NCBI GenBank assembly: GCA_965224245.1
Contig: OZ245046.1
Coordinates: 1,920,001 to 1,984,000 of the forward strand
DNA: 64,000 nt
Direction: 5' to 3'
Source of the DNA: Candidatus Eiseniibacteriota bacterium
Lineage (GTDB): Bacteria > Eisenbacteria > RBG-16-71-46 > CAZAMP01
Shown here: piece by piece, positions 48,259-58,301 of the stretch
Layout of the letters: each line of letters begins with the position of its first letter
How positions within the stretch are numbered: the first letter of the stretch is position 1
The notes under the pieces: generated by a model
What the model was told of the DNA's origin: nothing
The model's input: only the letters and a program-made list of their open reading frames with translations
Database searches by the model: none
Position numbers and translations under genes: made by a program

Positions 48259-49577
48259 ACGTTCGCTCCGGCCCGCGCGGGCACCTTGCGTCCTCGGCGG
48301 TCGGCCCGGAGCCGGGCCACTACCGCGTGAACGCGGCGGGAGAACGCATCGCGATCGAACCCGTCGAGCACGCGCCGCCGTCCCCGTGCCCCCAGCTCAC
48401 GACGCCGCTGGTCGTCCTCGAGGAGAAGCACGAGCCGGCGGGCCAGATCGTCCGGCGACGTGGGATCGACGAGGTAGCCGGTCTCGCCGTCGGCCAGCGC
48501 GTCGGCCACGCCGCCGCTCGCCCCGCCCAGCACGGGCTTTCCCGCGGCCGCCGCCTCCAGGAGCACGATGCCGAAGCCCTCGACGTTCTGCCCGATCTGG
48601 CGGCTGGCCATCACGAAGACGTCGCACGTGGCGTAGAGCGCGGGGAGGTCGGCCGAGTCGACGTATCCCCCCAGGACGACGTGCCCGGTGAGCCCCGACG
48701 AGACGATCTGCGTCTCCAGCGCGCCTGCGCACTCGCCGGTCCCGGTGATCAGGAGCTTCGCGGATGGGACGCGCCGGATCACGTCCGCGAATGCGCGCAC
48801 GAGCACGTCGTTGCCTTTTCGCGGATCCAGACGCCCGTGCGACAGCACGACCGGGCCCGAGCCCAGACCGAAGCGCTCACGGAGCGCCGGGCTCGGCGAT
48901 GCCGAGACGAACGGTCGCGGATCGATCCCGGGCGCGGTCATGACGATGCGATCGCCCGGGACCCCGAGCCCCTCGACGAGCCGCCGCGTGTACGCACTGA
49001 CCGCCCCGACGGCGGACGCGCCCCGGAGCACGCGGCCCAGGAGCGCGCCGAGGCGCCGGGTCCTGCTCCACTCGAGAAGCTCCGCGGCGTGCGTGAACAC
49101 CCCGTACGGGATGCCGTGCCGCTCGCGCAGGAGCAGCGCTGGGATTCCCGATGCCAGGGCCGTGCCCGCGAGCGTCACCTCGGGTTGGACCGACGCGTCC
49201 AGCGCGGCGCACTGGGCCGCGGCCCGTTTGAGCATGTGACGGTTGGCCGACACGACCGCGATCGAGGCCATCGCCACGTTGCCCGGCGGCGCGGTGCTCC
49301 CGGACGCATCGACCGCGTGGACCCCTCGACGCAGGCGCGCCCACGCGTCGCGGTAGCCGATCGATCGCGCGACGTCGGGATGACGGAGGATGCGGAACGG
49401 AGCCTGCGCGTCGAACGCCTCGGCCCCCGCCACGTCGGGTGCGACGACCTCGACTCCCTCGGGCGCGAGGGCGGTGGCGACCTCGAGCATGTACGACTCG
49501 ACCCCACCGATCTGTGGCGGGAACGACGAGTTCAGGATCAAGATCGACACGGACGCCTCACCCGGACGGTCACCCAC
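48255..49577 (-). CDS. Glycosyltransferase family 4
   Basis: FPPQIGG, GRL.PRKG, EGFGIVLLEA. Confidence 0.9.
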   Translation of the reverse strand: MGDRPGEASVSILILNSSFPPQIGGVESYMLEVATALAPEGVEVVAPDVAGAEAFDAQAPFRILRHPDVARSIGYRDAWARLRRGVHAVDASGSTAPPGNVAMASIAVVSANRHMLKRAAAQCAALDASVQPEVTLAGTALASGIPALLLRERHGIPYGVFTHAAELLEWSRTRRLGALLGRVLRGASAVGAVSAYTRRLVEGLGVPGDRIVMTAPGIDPRPFVSASPSPALRERFGLGSGPVVLSHGRLDPRKGNDVLVRAFADVIRRVPSAKLLITGTGECAGALETQIVSSGLTGHVVLGGYVDSADLPALYATCDVFVMASRQIGQNVEGFGIVLLEAAAAGKPVLGGASGGVADALADGETGYLVDPTSPDDLARRLVLLLEDDQRRRELGARGRRRVLDGFDRDAFSRRVHAVVARLRADRRGRKVPARAGANV

Positions 49578-49694
49578 GAGCCTCGGTCACTCGGCGCGCG
49601 AGTATAGCAACGGGCGAGCGCGCGTGCGCGCTGCAAGAACGGCATCGCACGGCGCGGCCGCCGTCACGGCCGCGCCCCGTCGTGTTGCTCGATC

Positions 49695-50825
49695 CTACCG
49701 CGCGGCGACGACCGTTCCGGTCGGCCAGTTGATCGTCCCGACCGTCCACCGGCTGCCGTTGGTGATCGCCCGCGGCCCGAAGGCCCCGATCCGGTTGCCG
49801 TCGAAGAACATCTCGACCCAGGCGTTCGAGGGACCGTTGCCGTGATCGGAGTAGTAGTGCACGGTCACCGCGTAGTCGCCCGCGTTGGTCGGCGTCACGT
49901 AGATGTTCTCCGGTCCGTAGCCGTCGACGTCGTCGACGTCGAGGATCGGGTTGCCGACCGCGCCGGCTTCGCCCCAGTCCAGCGTGCCGCCGGGACAGTT
50001 GGCGAAGTAGCAGTCGGTCTCGGCGCTCCCGTACGCTCCCCCGGGCTCCACCAGGTGGAGGTCCACGTCGGTCTGGTCGGTGTCCCAGTGCAGCTGCACG
50101 CGGATTCCCGCCTCGGTGCAGTTGGTGCGATCCACGTCGGTGCGATAGAAGGAACGCCCCTGGTCGTTCCGGAAGAACACGACCAGGCGCTGCCCCCCGC
50201 AGAAGAGCGGAACGTCCTGCTCGTACGCCCCGCCCGCGGCGATCAGGCGTCCCTGCGAACGAACCCACGCCCCGTCGTCGATGATCGCCCAGTAGCCGTC
50301 GCTGGCGCCGGTCACGGTGCCGGTGATGCGGATCTTCGTCGTGGTCGAGTCCACCACCTGGGAGAGCGGCATCGTGGAGTCGATCACGGGCTCGCCGGCG
50401 TCGCCGTTGAAGCCCTGACCGAGGCCGTCGGGGGCCCGGAGCTGGAAGAGAGCGGTGCTCGACGCGCTTCTCCATCCGGAGCGATCGGAGACCGACACGA
50501 CGCCGCTGGAGGCGTACGCCGGGATGACCGCGGTGAGCGCCGTTTCGCTGGCCTCGAGGATGGTCGCGGTGGCCCCGCCGATTCGCAGGACGTTGGCCTC
50601 CGGGTCGGCGGAGAAGCCGAACCCGGTCACCCGCAGCGTGTCGCCGGCGAGTCCGCGAGGAGGCGTGAAGTCGTCGAGCCCGATCGGATCGAGGTCGGTG
50701 CCTCCGCCGAGGTCGGGACGCTCGGGAACGGTCGGATCGTCGCACCCGAGCCCCATGACCAGCACCACGAGCCCCGCGGCGGCGGCCGTGAAGCGCACGC
50801 GGCGCGGCACGTCGACTGAGTTCAT
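49695..50825 (-). CDS. Lipoprotein with IPT/TIG domain and YfaP/DUF2135-like C-domain
   Basis: GLGC lipobox; G.TL.VTG.GF; L.WD...DVDLHL.EP, LDVDD..GYGPENI. Confidence 0.78.
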   Translation of the reverse strand: MNSVDVPRRVRFTAAAAGLVVLVMGLGCDDPTVPERPDLGGGTDLDPIGLDDFTPPRGLAGDTLRVTGFGFSADPEANVLRIGGATATILEASETALTAVIPAYASSGVVSVSDRSGWRSASSTALFQLRAPDGLGQGFNGDAGEPVIDSTMPLSQVVDSTTTKIRITGTVTGASDGYWAIIDDGAWVRSQGRLIAAGGAYEQDVPLFCGGQRLVVFFRNDQGRSFYRTDVDRTNCTEAGIRVQLHWDTDQTDVDLHLVEPGGAYGSAETDCYFANCPGGTLDWGEAGAVGNPILDVDDVDGYGPENIYVTPTNAGDYAVTVHYYSDHGNGPSNAWVEMFFDGNRIGAFGPRAITNGSRWTVGTINWPTGTVVAAR

Positions 50826-51224
50826 CGTTTGACACTCCTTGAACACGACGGTGGGCGGCGCCGTCGGGGCGACATCCCGTGAATCTCGGATCCTCGCGTC
50901 GGGCGCGCCCGGGGATCCATGCCCGGTCTCGTTCTGCGCGGCGCGTGGCTGCCACGTGACGCGAGGGTCACCGTCCAAAAAGATCGGACGGCACGGCGTT
51001 CGAATGGCGCGAGAGCATCGGCGAGCGCGCGACGCGGCCGAAACGAGCCAGTGCCCGGAATGTCGACGGTCTCGACCCGGCCGGTTGCAACCCGCGTGCG
51101 TCGCCGGTTGCGGGCCGGGCGGCCGGACCCCATCATGTCGCCGTCCGGGAACACCACCGCCGCCGGCCCGGCGCGAGCCCTCGGCGCCGGACCGTCCTGT
51201 CGGGGAACTCGAGGAGGATCGAGG

Positions 51225-52478
51225 ATGCACGCACGCACTTGGACCGCCCTGGCTCTCGCCGTCACCGTCGGGTGTGCCGGCCACGTGGACGTCGCCCCCG
51301 TTTTCCAGGAGTTCGATCGCTACGCGAGCGACCTCGAGGCGCTCGGCCCCACCGGCGACGCCTCCCGTGAGCTCGACGCCGGACGCCAGAAGCGCGCCCA
51401 GGCCGAAGCGCTCGTGGCCGACGGGAAGGACGAGCGCGCCCGGCGCGTGGCCGAGCGCGCCGTGATCGACGCCCGCGTCGCGCTGGCCGCGCAGAGCCTC
51501 GGGGTCGCGTCCGCCCGGGCCGATGCGTGCCGGCTCGAGACCGAGCGGGCCCACGAGCGGTGGCGGGACGCCGCGTATCAGCTCGAGCAGACCGAGGGCT
51601 TCATCGGGAAGAAGGCGACCCTCACCGCCGATCCGCCCGAGATGCGTCCGCGTCCCCCGGAGCTTCCGGCGCCCATGCCAGCCGACGAGGCCCCCGTCCC
51701 GCCGACCGAGGCGCCCGCCGAGCGCTTTGACGAGTGGCACCGCACGGCGCGAGAGCTTGGCGTGCCGACCGCCGATCTGGAGCACGCGTTTCACGAGGCA
51801 GAGGCCGCGCTGAGGGCGAAGGACGTCTCGGTCGAGGAGGCCGAGCACCAAATCTACGTCGCGGCGGGCGTCGTGCGGACCCTCGAGCGCCGGGTGCGCA
51901 CCGAGGTCGCCGAGCGCGTGTGCCCGGACGAGGCCCGCCGCGCGGGGCTCCTGGCCGACGCGCGGGCCGATGCCTTGCGCGCGACCGTCGAGCTGGAGCG
52001 AGGCCTTCGGGGTGACCTCCGGCGCGAGCTCGACCGGCTCCGCGAAGAGGCCACGTCCCGCCAGGACGAGCTCTACGACGCGCTCAGCCAGATGGAAGGC
52101 GAGTTCGCCCGGATCCGGCGTGACGCGCGGGGCACGATCGTGAGCCTGGCCGACATCCTGTTCGACTTCGACGAGGCCACACTGCGACGCAACGTCGAGT
52201 TCAACCTGGTCAAGATCGCCACCATCCTGAACCAGTTCGGCGAGATGAACATCGTCGTCGAGGGACACACCGACAGCATCGGGACCGACGCGTACAACCT
52301 GGATCTCTTGAAGCGCCGCGCAAAAGCGGTCTACGACTTTCTCGTGTCCCAGGGCGTCGTCGAGTCCCGCCTGAGCTGGGACGGGTTCGGCGAGGCACGC
52401 CCCGTGGCCGGCAACGAGACCGAGGAGGGGCGGCAGAGCAACCGGCGGGTGGATCTGGTCATCCAGGACGGGTCGTGA
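51225..52478 (+). CDS. OmpA-family peptidoglycan-binding lipoprotein
   Basis: VGC lipobox, helical stalk, LFDFD, EGHTD..G...YN..L..RRA, NRRV. Confidence 0.88.
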   Translation: MHARTWTALALAVTVGCAGHVDVAPVFQEFDRYASDLEALGPTGDASRELDAGRQKRAQAEALVADGKDERARRVAERAVIDARVALAAQSLGVASARADACRLETERAHERWRDAAYQLEQTEGFIGKKATLTADPPEMRPRPPELPAPMPADEAPVPPTEAPAERFDEWHRTARELGVPTADLEHAFHEAEAALRAKDVSVEEAEHQIYVAAGVVRTLERRVRTEVAERVCPDEARRAGLLADARADALRATVELERGLRGDLRRELDRLREEATSRQDELYDALSQMEGEFARIRRDARGTIVSLADILFDFDEATLRRNVEFNLVKIATILNQFGEMNIVVEGHTDSIGTDAYNLDLLKRRAKAVYDFLVSQGVVESRLSWDGFGEARPVAGNETEEGRQSNRRVDLVIQDGS

Positions 52479-52673
52479 TGCCGGGACGGGTCCCGGGCGC
52501 GACGTGCCGGGCATCGCCACCACGCGGCGAGATCCGGGAGCACATCGTGCGCGCGTCCCCGGTGGGGCTCGTCGACGCAGAGCCGGCCGCGGGGCACGGG
52601 ATCCGGAAGGGTCATCCGTCACCCGTACCCCGCGTTCCCATCGGCACACACCGGGTGGCGCGCGCCCGGGACG

Positions 52674-55600
52674 TCACTCGACGAGGAGGAGCTTCCCTGT
52701 CGAGACGCCGTGTGCATGCTCCAGCCTGACGAGGTACATGCCGGGCGCGACGCGGGCCCCGGCATCATCTCGTCCGTCCCAGCTCCAGCGTCGCCGTCCC
52801 ACGTCGAGATGCCCATCGTGCAGCGTCGTGACCTCCCGTCCGCCGACGTCGAACACACGGACGGTGGCGGGTCCCGGCGTCGGGATCTCGACCTCCAGGG
52901 CGGTGCGTGCGCTGAACGGGTTCGGCGTCGCGACCATGGACGGCACGACGGGCGCCACCGGCGAGGTCGGCGCTGCCAGAAGGTCCTCGGGTCCCACGAA
53001 GCGCCCGAAGATCTCGACGTCCCCGTCGACCCATGGGTACTCGTGCGAATCGCCTTGCCAGGCTACGAGGAACGTGCCGGGATGCGACGGACGGGGAATC
53101 GCAGGCCGCTGGCCGGCGTACTGCGGCTGACCCAACCCACCCATCAAGCTGATGTGGGTGCTCGACCCGAGCATTGACCGCCCCGACACGTCGAGGGACT
53201 GGCCCAGGATCTCGGACCCTTCGAACAGGTCGTCTTCGTCCCACACCACGAGCGCCTCGTCCGCATACGCGGAGTAGCCGATCGCCACCCTGTACACGAT
53301 GAAGCGCGTATCCCGCACGACGATCTCCGGGCCGTCGGGTAGCCCGCTCACGGCGTCCACGAACTGCGCCCAGACCCGGTATCTGCCACCGTGCCGCGTG
53401 GTCCAGGCCACGATGTGCGCGTCGTGACCGGGAACGAAGACCGCGTCGAGGTCGAAGAGCCCGGCACCGGCGTCGCCGGTGTCGGTGATCCGCACGTTGC
53501 CGCCGATCGGCGCCGCGGTGGTGGCATCGAGCCGCTGGCCGTACACCTCGGGCCAGTCGGGGCTGAACACGTCGGAGATCCAGGTGACGAGGTAGAACCC
53601 GTTCGTGGAGTCATACGTGATCTGAGGGCGCTCACCGTCCGGATCCACGGCCTCATCGGATCCCGAGAAGCTGATCCGGGATTGCGGGCCGAGATCACCG
53701 GTCGCGGACAGTCTCCGGCCATGGATCTCGTACTTGGTCGGGGTGTCGTTCGCGCCTTGCCAGACCACGTAGAACTCCCGGTCGCCCGAGTTGTACGCGA
53801 CCGACGGGTGGGTTGCGTGGTAGTCCGGATCGTCCGCACCCATCTCACTGATCCGAATGGTGTCGGTCAGCGGATCGCCCTGCGCATCGAGAATGCGACC
53901 GAAGATCTCCGGCTTCGTCGCCACCCGCTCGTCGTTCATCCAGATCACCGCGTACACGCCGTCGTCGGGGTCGTGGGTGACCGAGGGCCTGTGCGCCCCC
54001 CAGACACCGATGCCGTCCGAGATCTGAAACGCCGGGCCGATGGGGTCCCGGGTCGTGCCATCGATCCGCTGTCCCCACAGTAGAAATCCGCCCCAGGACT
54101 CCGGCCCTCCGGCCCACACGACGAGATACTCGCGGTCGACGGCGTTGTAGGCCGAAGCGGCACGGATGGCGTTGACGTTTTGGCCGAGAGATCCCATCGT
54201 GCTGATCACGGTGGGGGTGTCATCCAGCTCTCCGGACGTGGCGTCGATGCCGAGGCCGAACACCTCGTCGTCGCCGCTGGCCTGATAGCCGACGTCCGAC
54301 TGCCCCTGCCAGACGATCTGGACACGCTCCGGGCCCGCGGCGTAGGCGGCGACCGGAACACGCTGCCGGTAGTCGGTCGAGCCGTCGGGACCCATCGTGC
54401 TCAGCCGCAGATCCCCGCCGATCTCGGCCCCGAGTCCGTCCAGCCCCTGGCCGAAGATCTCTCGGTCGTCGTTCACGAGCGTGCCCGTGTCGTCGTCGCC
54501 GGACCAGACGACCAGGTAGCGATCGACCGGCGGAGCATAGATGACCGACGGGTAGTCGAAGGCGTCGTACGACGGGTCGCCATCGGGTCCCATGTCGCTG
54601 ATGCGGGATTCGGTCCCGATCCCGGCGAGGTCCGAGTCGAGTCGAAGGGCGAAGATCTCGTACTCGTCGTCGGCGAGGGACCCCTCACCGGGATCCGCAC
54701 GGAACACGACGAGATACTCACCCGCGCTGGGGTTGTAGGTCACGTCGACCGACGTCGCGTCGGCCTGCGGGGCACCATCGACCCCGACGTGCGTGAGACG
54801 CTCGTTGACGCCCACCAGAGCCCCCGTCCCGCCCGCGATGCGCTGCCCGAACACCTCCCGCTCGCCGGGTACGAGCGGTGGCGTGTCGTCGGTCCCGATC
54901 CAGACGGCGAGGAACAGGTTGAGGTCGGGATCGTAGGTGAGGGCGGGTCGCACGGCATCGAAGGCAGGATCGAGGTCCGGGCCCTGTTGGCTGATGGCGA
55001 AGTCGACGCCGATCTCGGCCGCCGAGGTTCCGTCGAGGCGCTGTCCGAAGATCTCGAACTCGTCGTCACCGACGAAGTGACCGTCGTCACCGGACCAGAT
55101 GACGAGGTACTCGTTGTCGATCGGGTCGTGCTCGACCGCGGGCCGTATCGCCGCGAAGCGGGTGATGCCGTCGTTTCCCATGTCGCTGATCCGGAAGCTG
55201 GTCCCGATGAGCTCCCCGGTCGCCGCGAGGATGCGCTGGCCCATGATCTCGAACTCGTCGAGGGCCAGCTCGTCGCTCGACCACACCACCAGAAACTCGT
55301 CCTCGAGCACGTTGTAGACGACGTCGGGATGGTCTGCTCGCGAGCCGGTGGGCCACGTGTCGCTGATCCGGAACTGCGGGGCCACCGGATCTCCCGTCGT
55401 GGCGTCGACGAGACGACCCCAGATGTTGAACTCCTCGTCGGCGCCGGTGCCGTCGTCGTCGCCGTACCAGACGACGAGGAACCTGGCGCGCGAAGCGTCC
55501 AGCGCGATGGCCGGGTCACGTCCGTCCGAGAGATGATCGGCGCCCATGTAGCTGATGGGAAACATCTCGGCCTCGATGACCGGGTCGATGAGGATCGGCA

Positions 55601-56222
55601 GCGTCGCGCGGGCGAGCACGTCGCCCGCGATCACGATGGACGTCTCCGTGGCGGAGACGAGGAGGTCCGCGGCGATCACGTTCCCGTCACCGTCGAAGGC
55701 GGTCACGTCTCCCAGCGAGACGCCCGACCCCTGGGCTCTCCACGCCCATCCCGAGCTCGTCGTGCGAAACGACGCGTCGCTGCCGACGCGACCGCGGATC
55801 ACGAGGTCGCCGGCCGCCGGCGTGTCGTGCAGGACGAACCGCTGCTCGATGGCCGTTCCCCCGAGCACGTACTCCTCGGTCACGACACCCCGTGCGTACT
55901 CGACCCGGTCTTCGATCGGCACCGGCACGACGGGTGCCGCATCGGCCAGGATCTCGTCGCCCATGGTGCAGTCGAGGAACGACCAGCTCCAGGTCAGCGC
56001 GCTGCCCTGGGGAGAGAACGAGAGACCGGCGCTCGAGAAGACCGCGTCGTGGAACCGGGTGCTGACGTCGATCCCGTCACGGGGCGACGGCGCCTCCACC
56101 GGCACGTCGATCACGGGGTTCGGGGATGGAGGACTCGACGAGCCCGCGAGTCCGCGCAGGACGAGCAGGGCCGCGATGACCACTGCCCCGCGCACCGCGG
56201 GTCCAGATCGTGGGGGTCTCAT
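52674..56222 (-). CDS. Large secreted repeat (beta-propeller-like) protein with FlgD-Ig domain
   Basis: More than ten repeats of Y(N/D)...EYLVVW.G...EIFGQR; PNPF...WDGRD..G..VAPG.Y. Confidence 0.82.
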   Translation of the reverse strand: MRPPRSGPAVRGAVVIAALLVLRGLAGSSSPPSPNPVIDVPVEAPSPRDGIDVSTRFHDAVFSSAGLSFSPQGSALTWSWSFLDCTMGDEILADAAPVVPVPIEDRVEYARGVVTEEYVLGGTAIEQRFVLHDTPAAGDLVIRGRVGSDASFRTTSSGWAWRAQGSGVSLGDVTAFDGDGNVIAADLLVSATETSIVIAGDVLARATLPILIDPVIEAEMFPISYMGADHLSDGRDPAIALDASRARFLVVWYGDDDGTGADEEFNIWGRLVDATTGDPVAPQFRISDTWPTGSRADHPDVVYNVLEDEFLVVWSSDELALDEFEIMGQRILAATGELIGTSFRISDMGNDGITRFAAIRPAVEHDPIDNEYLVIWSGDDGHFVGDDEFEIFGQRLDGTSAAEIGVDFAISQQGPDLDPAFDAVRPALTYDPDLNLFLAVWIGTDDTPPLVPGEREVFGQRIAGGTGALVGVNERLTHVGVDGAPQADATSVDVTYNPSAGEYLVVFRADPGEGSLADDEYEIFALRLDSDLAGIGTESRISDMGPDGDPSYDAFDYPSVIYAPPVDRYLVVWSGDDDTGTLVNDDREIFGQGLDGLGAEIGGDLRLSTMGPDGSTDYRQRVPVAAYAAGPERVQIVWQGQSDVGYQASGDDEVFGLGIDATSGELDDTPTVISTMGSLGQNVNAIRAASAYNAVDREYLVVWAGGPESWGGFLLWGQRIDGTTRDPIGPAFQISDGIGVWGAHRPSVTHDPDDGVYAVIWMNDERVATKPEIFGRILDAQGDPLTDTIRISEMGADDPDYHATHPSVAYNSGDREFYVVWQGANDTPTKYEIHGRRLSATGDLGPQSRISFSGSDEAVDPDGERPQITYDSTNGFYLVTWISDVFSPDWPEVYGQRLDATTAAPIGGNVRITDTGDAGAGLFDLDAVFVPGHDAHIVAWTTRHGGRYRVWAQFVDAVSGLPDGPEIVVRDTRFIVYRVAIGYSAYADEALVVWDEDDLFEGSEILGQSLDVSGRSMLGSSTHISLMGGLGQPQYAGQRPAIPRPSHPGTFLVAWQGDSHEYPWVDGDVEIFGRFVGPEDLLAAPTSPVAPVVPSMVATPNPFSARTALEVEIPTPGPATVRVFDVGGREVTTLHDGHLDVGRRRWSWDGRDDAGARVAPGMYLVRLEHAHGVSTGKLLLVE

Positions 56223-56487
56223 GACAAGCTCCTGTCGATGAGGGACGTGACGGGATGCGGCGATGCGCCGACATCCGCTCTCACGCGAGACCCCGCAAGA
56301 TGAGGGCGAAACCCTTCACGAGAAGCGCCCGTCGGGTGCCATGCCGTCGCGCGTCCCTCACGACGTACGGGCTGGAGCGCGCCGCGGAGGGCGCGGCGGT
56401 TTCGGGGCCAGAGGCCAGACCCCGAGTGGCAGGAGGAAGAGGGAGGACGGAATCGACCGGTCGAGGGGACGCTCGAGGGGTGCAAGC

Positions 56488-56577
56488 TGGTGCCGGGACC
56501 GGGAATCGAACCCGGACGGCCCTAGTGGGGCCAGCGGATTTTAAGTCCGCTGCGTCTACCAGTTCCGCCATCCCGGC
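56488..56577 (-). tRNA. tRNA-Leu(TAA)
   Basis: GCCGGGATGGCGGAACTGGTAGACGC.GCGGA-CTTAAAA-TCCGC, long variable arm, CCA. Confidence 0.95.
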
Positions 56578-56637
56578 GCGGAGACCGCGTGAGGCTACCG
56601 CGAGGACGTACGAAACCCAAGCAGGCGTGGGGGTGGG

Positions 56638-56709
56638 TCAGCGCCCGTCCTCGGCGCCGCGTAACACGAACAGCGCCGTGAGCACCATCAAGACCAGCAT
56701 CTCTCGCAT
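56638..56709 (-). CDS. Putative 23-aa hydrophobic small peptide MREMLVLMVLTALFVLRGAEDGR
   Basis: AGGAGG 6 nt before ATG; hydrophobic core; below the ORF-track cut-off. Confidence 0.5.
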   Translation of the reverse strand: MREMLVLMVLTALFVLRGAEDGR

Positions 56710-56781
56710 GATTTTCCTCCTGGGAGGAGTATCGGCGGGTCCTGGCGGACTCCTGAGCGCCGGGTCGGGAAGCGCGTCGAC

Positions 56782-56807
56782 AAAAAAGCGCCCCCTCGAA
56801 GGGGGCG
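56782..56807 (-). terminator. Rho-independent terminator after tRNA-Cys
   Basis: CGCCCCC-TTCGA-GGGGGCG followed by C-TTTTTT on minus strand. Confidence 0.85.
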
Positions 56808-56814
56808 GGAGAAG

Positions 56815-56890
56815 TGGAGGCGGCTACCAGATTCGAACTGGTGAATGACGGTTTTGCAGACCGTTCCCTTAGCCACTTGGGTAAGCCGCC
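56815..56890 (-). tRNA. tRNA-Cys(GCA)
   Basis: GGCGGCTTACCCAAGTGG...ACGGT-CTGCAAA-ACCGT...GTTCGAATC...CCA. Confidence 0.95.
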
Positions 56891-56941
56891 CCACGAAGCT
56901 CCGACGGCCGGCGGGGCTCGCACAAGAGCGCGAGGAAGAAA

Positions 56942-57017
56942 TGGAGCGGAAGACGGGACTCGAACCCGCGACAACTACCTTGGCAAGGTAGAGCTCTACC
57001 AGCTGAGCTACTTCCGC
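56942..57017 (-). tRNA. tRNA-Gly(GCC)
   Basis: GCGGAAGTAGCTCAGCTGGTAGAGC.CTACC-TTGCCAA-GGTAG...GGTTCGAGTCC...CCA. Confidence 0.95.
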
Positions 57018-57077
57018 TTCCGAAAGGCCGTGTTCGCGGCGGCTAACTGACTACCCACCTTGAACTTCGAGCCTCCG

Positions 57078-57107
57078 ATGGTAATGAGGGGGCCGGCGCG
57101 GTGTCAA
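57078..57107 (-). promoter_or_regulatory. Sigma70 promoter for the tRNA-Gly/Cys operon
   Basis: TTGACA, 18-bp spacer, TACCAT on minus strand ~60 bp upstream of tRNA-Gly. Confidence 0.7.
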
Positions 57108-57308
57108 CCCCTTTTTCGAGCCCCGGAGCTCGCCGAGGCCCCGGGCGCCCGCCCAGCGGCTCGGGACGCCCGCCTCGCGTGCCTGGGCGTCTGCCGTTCG
57201 CGGGCGGCGGACGCCCCCGGGAAACAGCCGTGAATTGACGCCGGACCCCGGTCCGGCGACACTCGCGCCGGTCCAGCCGCGCCATCGCCCGGGAGATCGA
57301 GGGACGAC

Positions 57309-58301
57309 ATGCCCATCATCGTGCAGAAGTACGGCGGGACGTCGGTCGACGGTCCCGACCGGCTGAAGGACGTCGCGGCTCGGGTCGTGCGGACCCGGAG
57401 AGCGGGATACGACGTCATCGCCGTGGTGTCCGCGATGGGCGGCACCACCGACGACATGATCGCGCTCGCCCGCCGCCTCAACCCCTCCCCGCCTCAGCGC
57501 GAGCTCGACATGCTCGTCACCGCGGGCGAGCGAGTCACGATGGCGCTGCTGGCCATGGCCATCGACGACCTCGGCGAGCGCGTGATCTCGTTCACGGGCT
57601 CGCAGAGCGGCATCATCACGACGTCCTCGCACGGCAACGCCGCCATCGAGGAGGTTCGCCCCCATCGCCTGCGAGAGTCCCTCGACGACGGACGCATCGT
57701 GATCGTGGCCGGCTATCAGGGCGTCAGCCGCGACAAGGAGGTGACGACGCTGGGCCGCGGCGGCACCGACCTGACCGCGGTCGCGCTCGCCGAGGCGTTC
57801 GATGCCGATTGCCAGCTCTACAAGGACGTCGACGGCATCCTGACCGCCGACCCGCACGTGTGTCCCGATGCCGCGCGTCTGGACACGATTCCCTGGCCGG
57901 CGATGATCGACTACGCGGCGGCCGGCGCCGGGGTCCTCTATACCGAGGCCGCGCGGTTCGCGCGCGATCGCGGTGTTCCCCTGTGGGTCGGATGCAGCCT
58001 CCGCGAGAGCCAGGGCACCCGGATCACCGAGGAGCCGGTGAACGCGGAGCGGCTGTTCGGCGTGTCGATCGCCCCCGAGGGCTCGCGCGTCGCGGTGACC
58101 CTGATCGGCGGGCACGCCGCACTCGAGCGGGCCGTTCACGCGGTGCGACGGGACGGCGTCGGCGATGGAGAGCCGTTCGGCGAGACCGGTCGCCGCTGGA
58201 TCCTGGCCGATCGCGAGGCGGCCGAGGGTCTCGCCCGCGCGCTGCACCGGGTCGTCATCGATCCGACGCGCGCAGCTCCTCTGCCGCCGTCTCCGGCGTG
58301 A
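57309..58301 (+). CDS. lysC: Aspartate kinase (short C-terminus)
   Basis: VQKYGGTSV, VVSAMG.TTD, AGE, TTLGRGG.D.TA, DVDGI.TADP. Confidence 0.85.
   Translation: MPIIVQKYGGTSVDGPDRLKDVAARVVRTRRAGYDVIAVVSAMGGTTDDMIALARRLNPSPPQRELDMLVTAGERVTMALLAMAIDDLGERVISFTGSQSGIITTSSHGNAAIEEVRPHRLRESLDDGRIVIVAGYQGVSRDKEVTTLGRGGTDLTAVALAEAFDADCQLYKDVDGILTADPHVCPDAARLDTIPWPAMIDYAAAGAGVLYTEAARFARDRGVPLWVGCSLRESQGTRITEEPVNAERLFGVSIAPEGSRVAVTLIGGHAALERAVHAVRRDGVGDGEPFGETGRRWILADREAAEGLARALHRVVIDPTRAAPLPPSPA

Noticed and set aside
52674-56577. Possible genomic island inserted at tRNA-Leu or tRNA-Glu 3' ends
   Set aside because: No integrase and no duplicated tRNA 3' end were noticed by eye.
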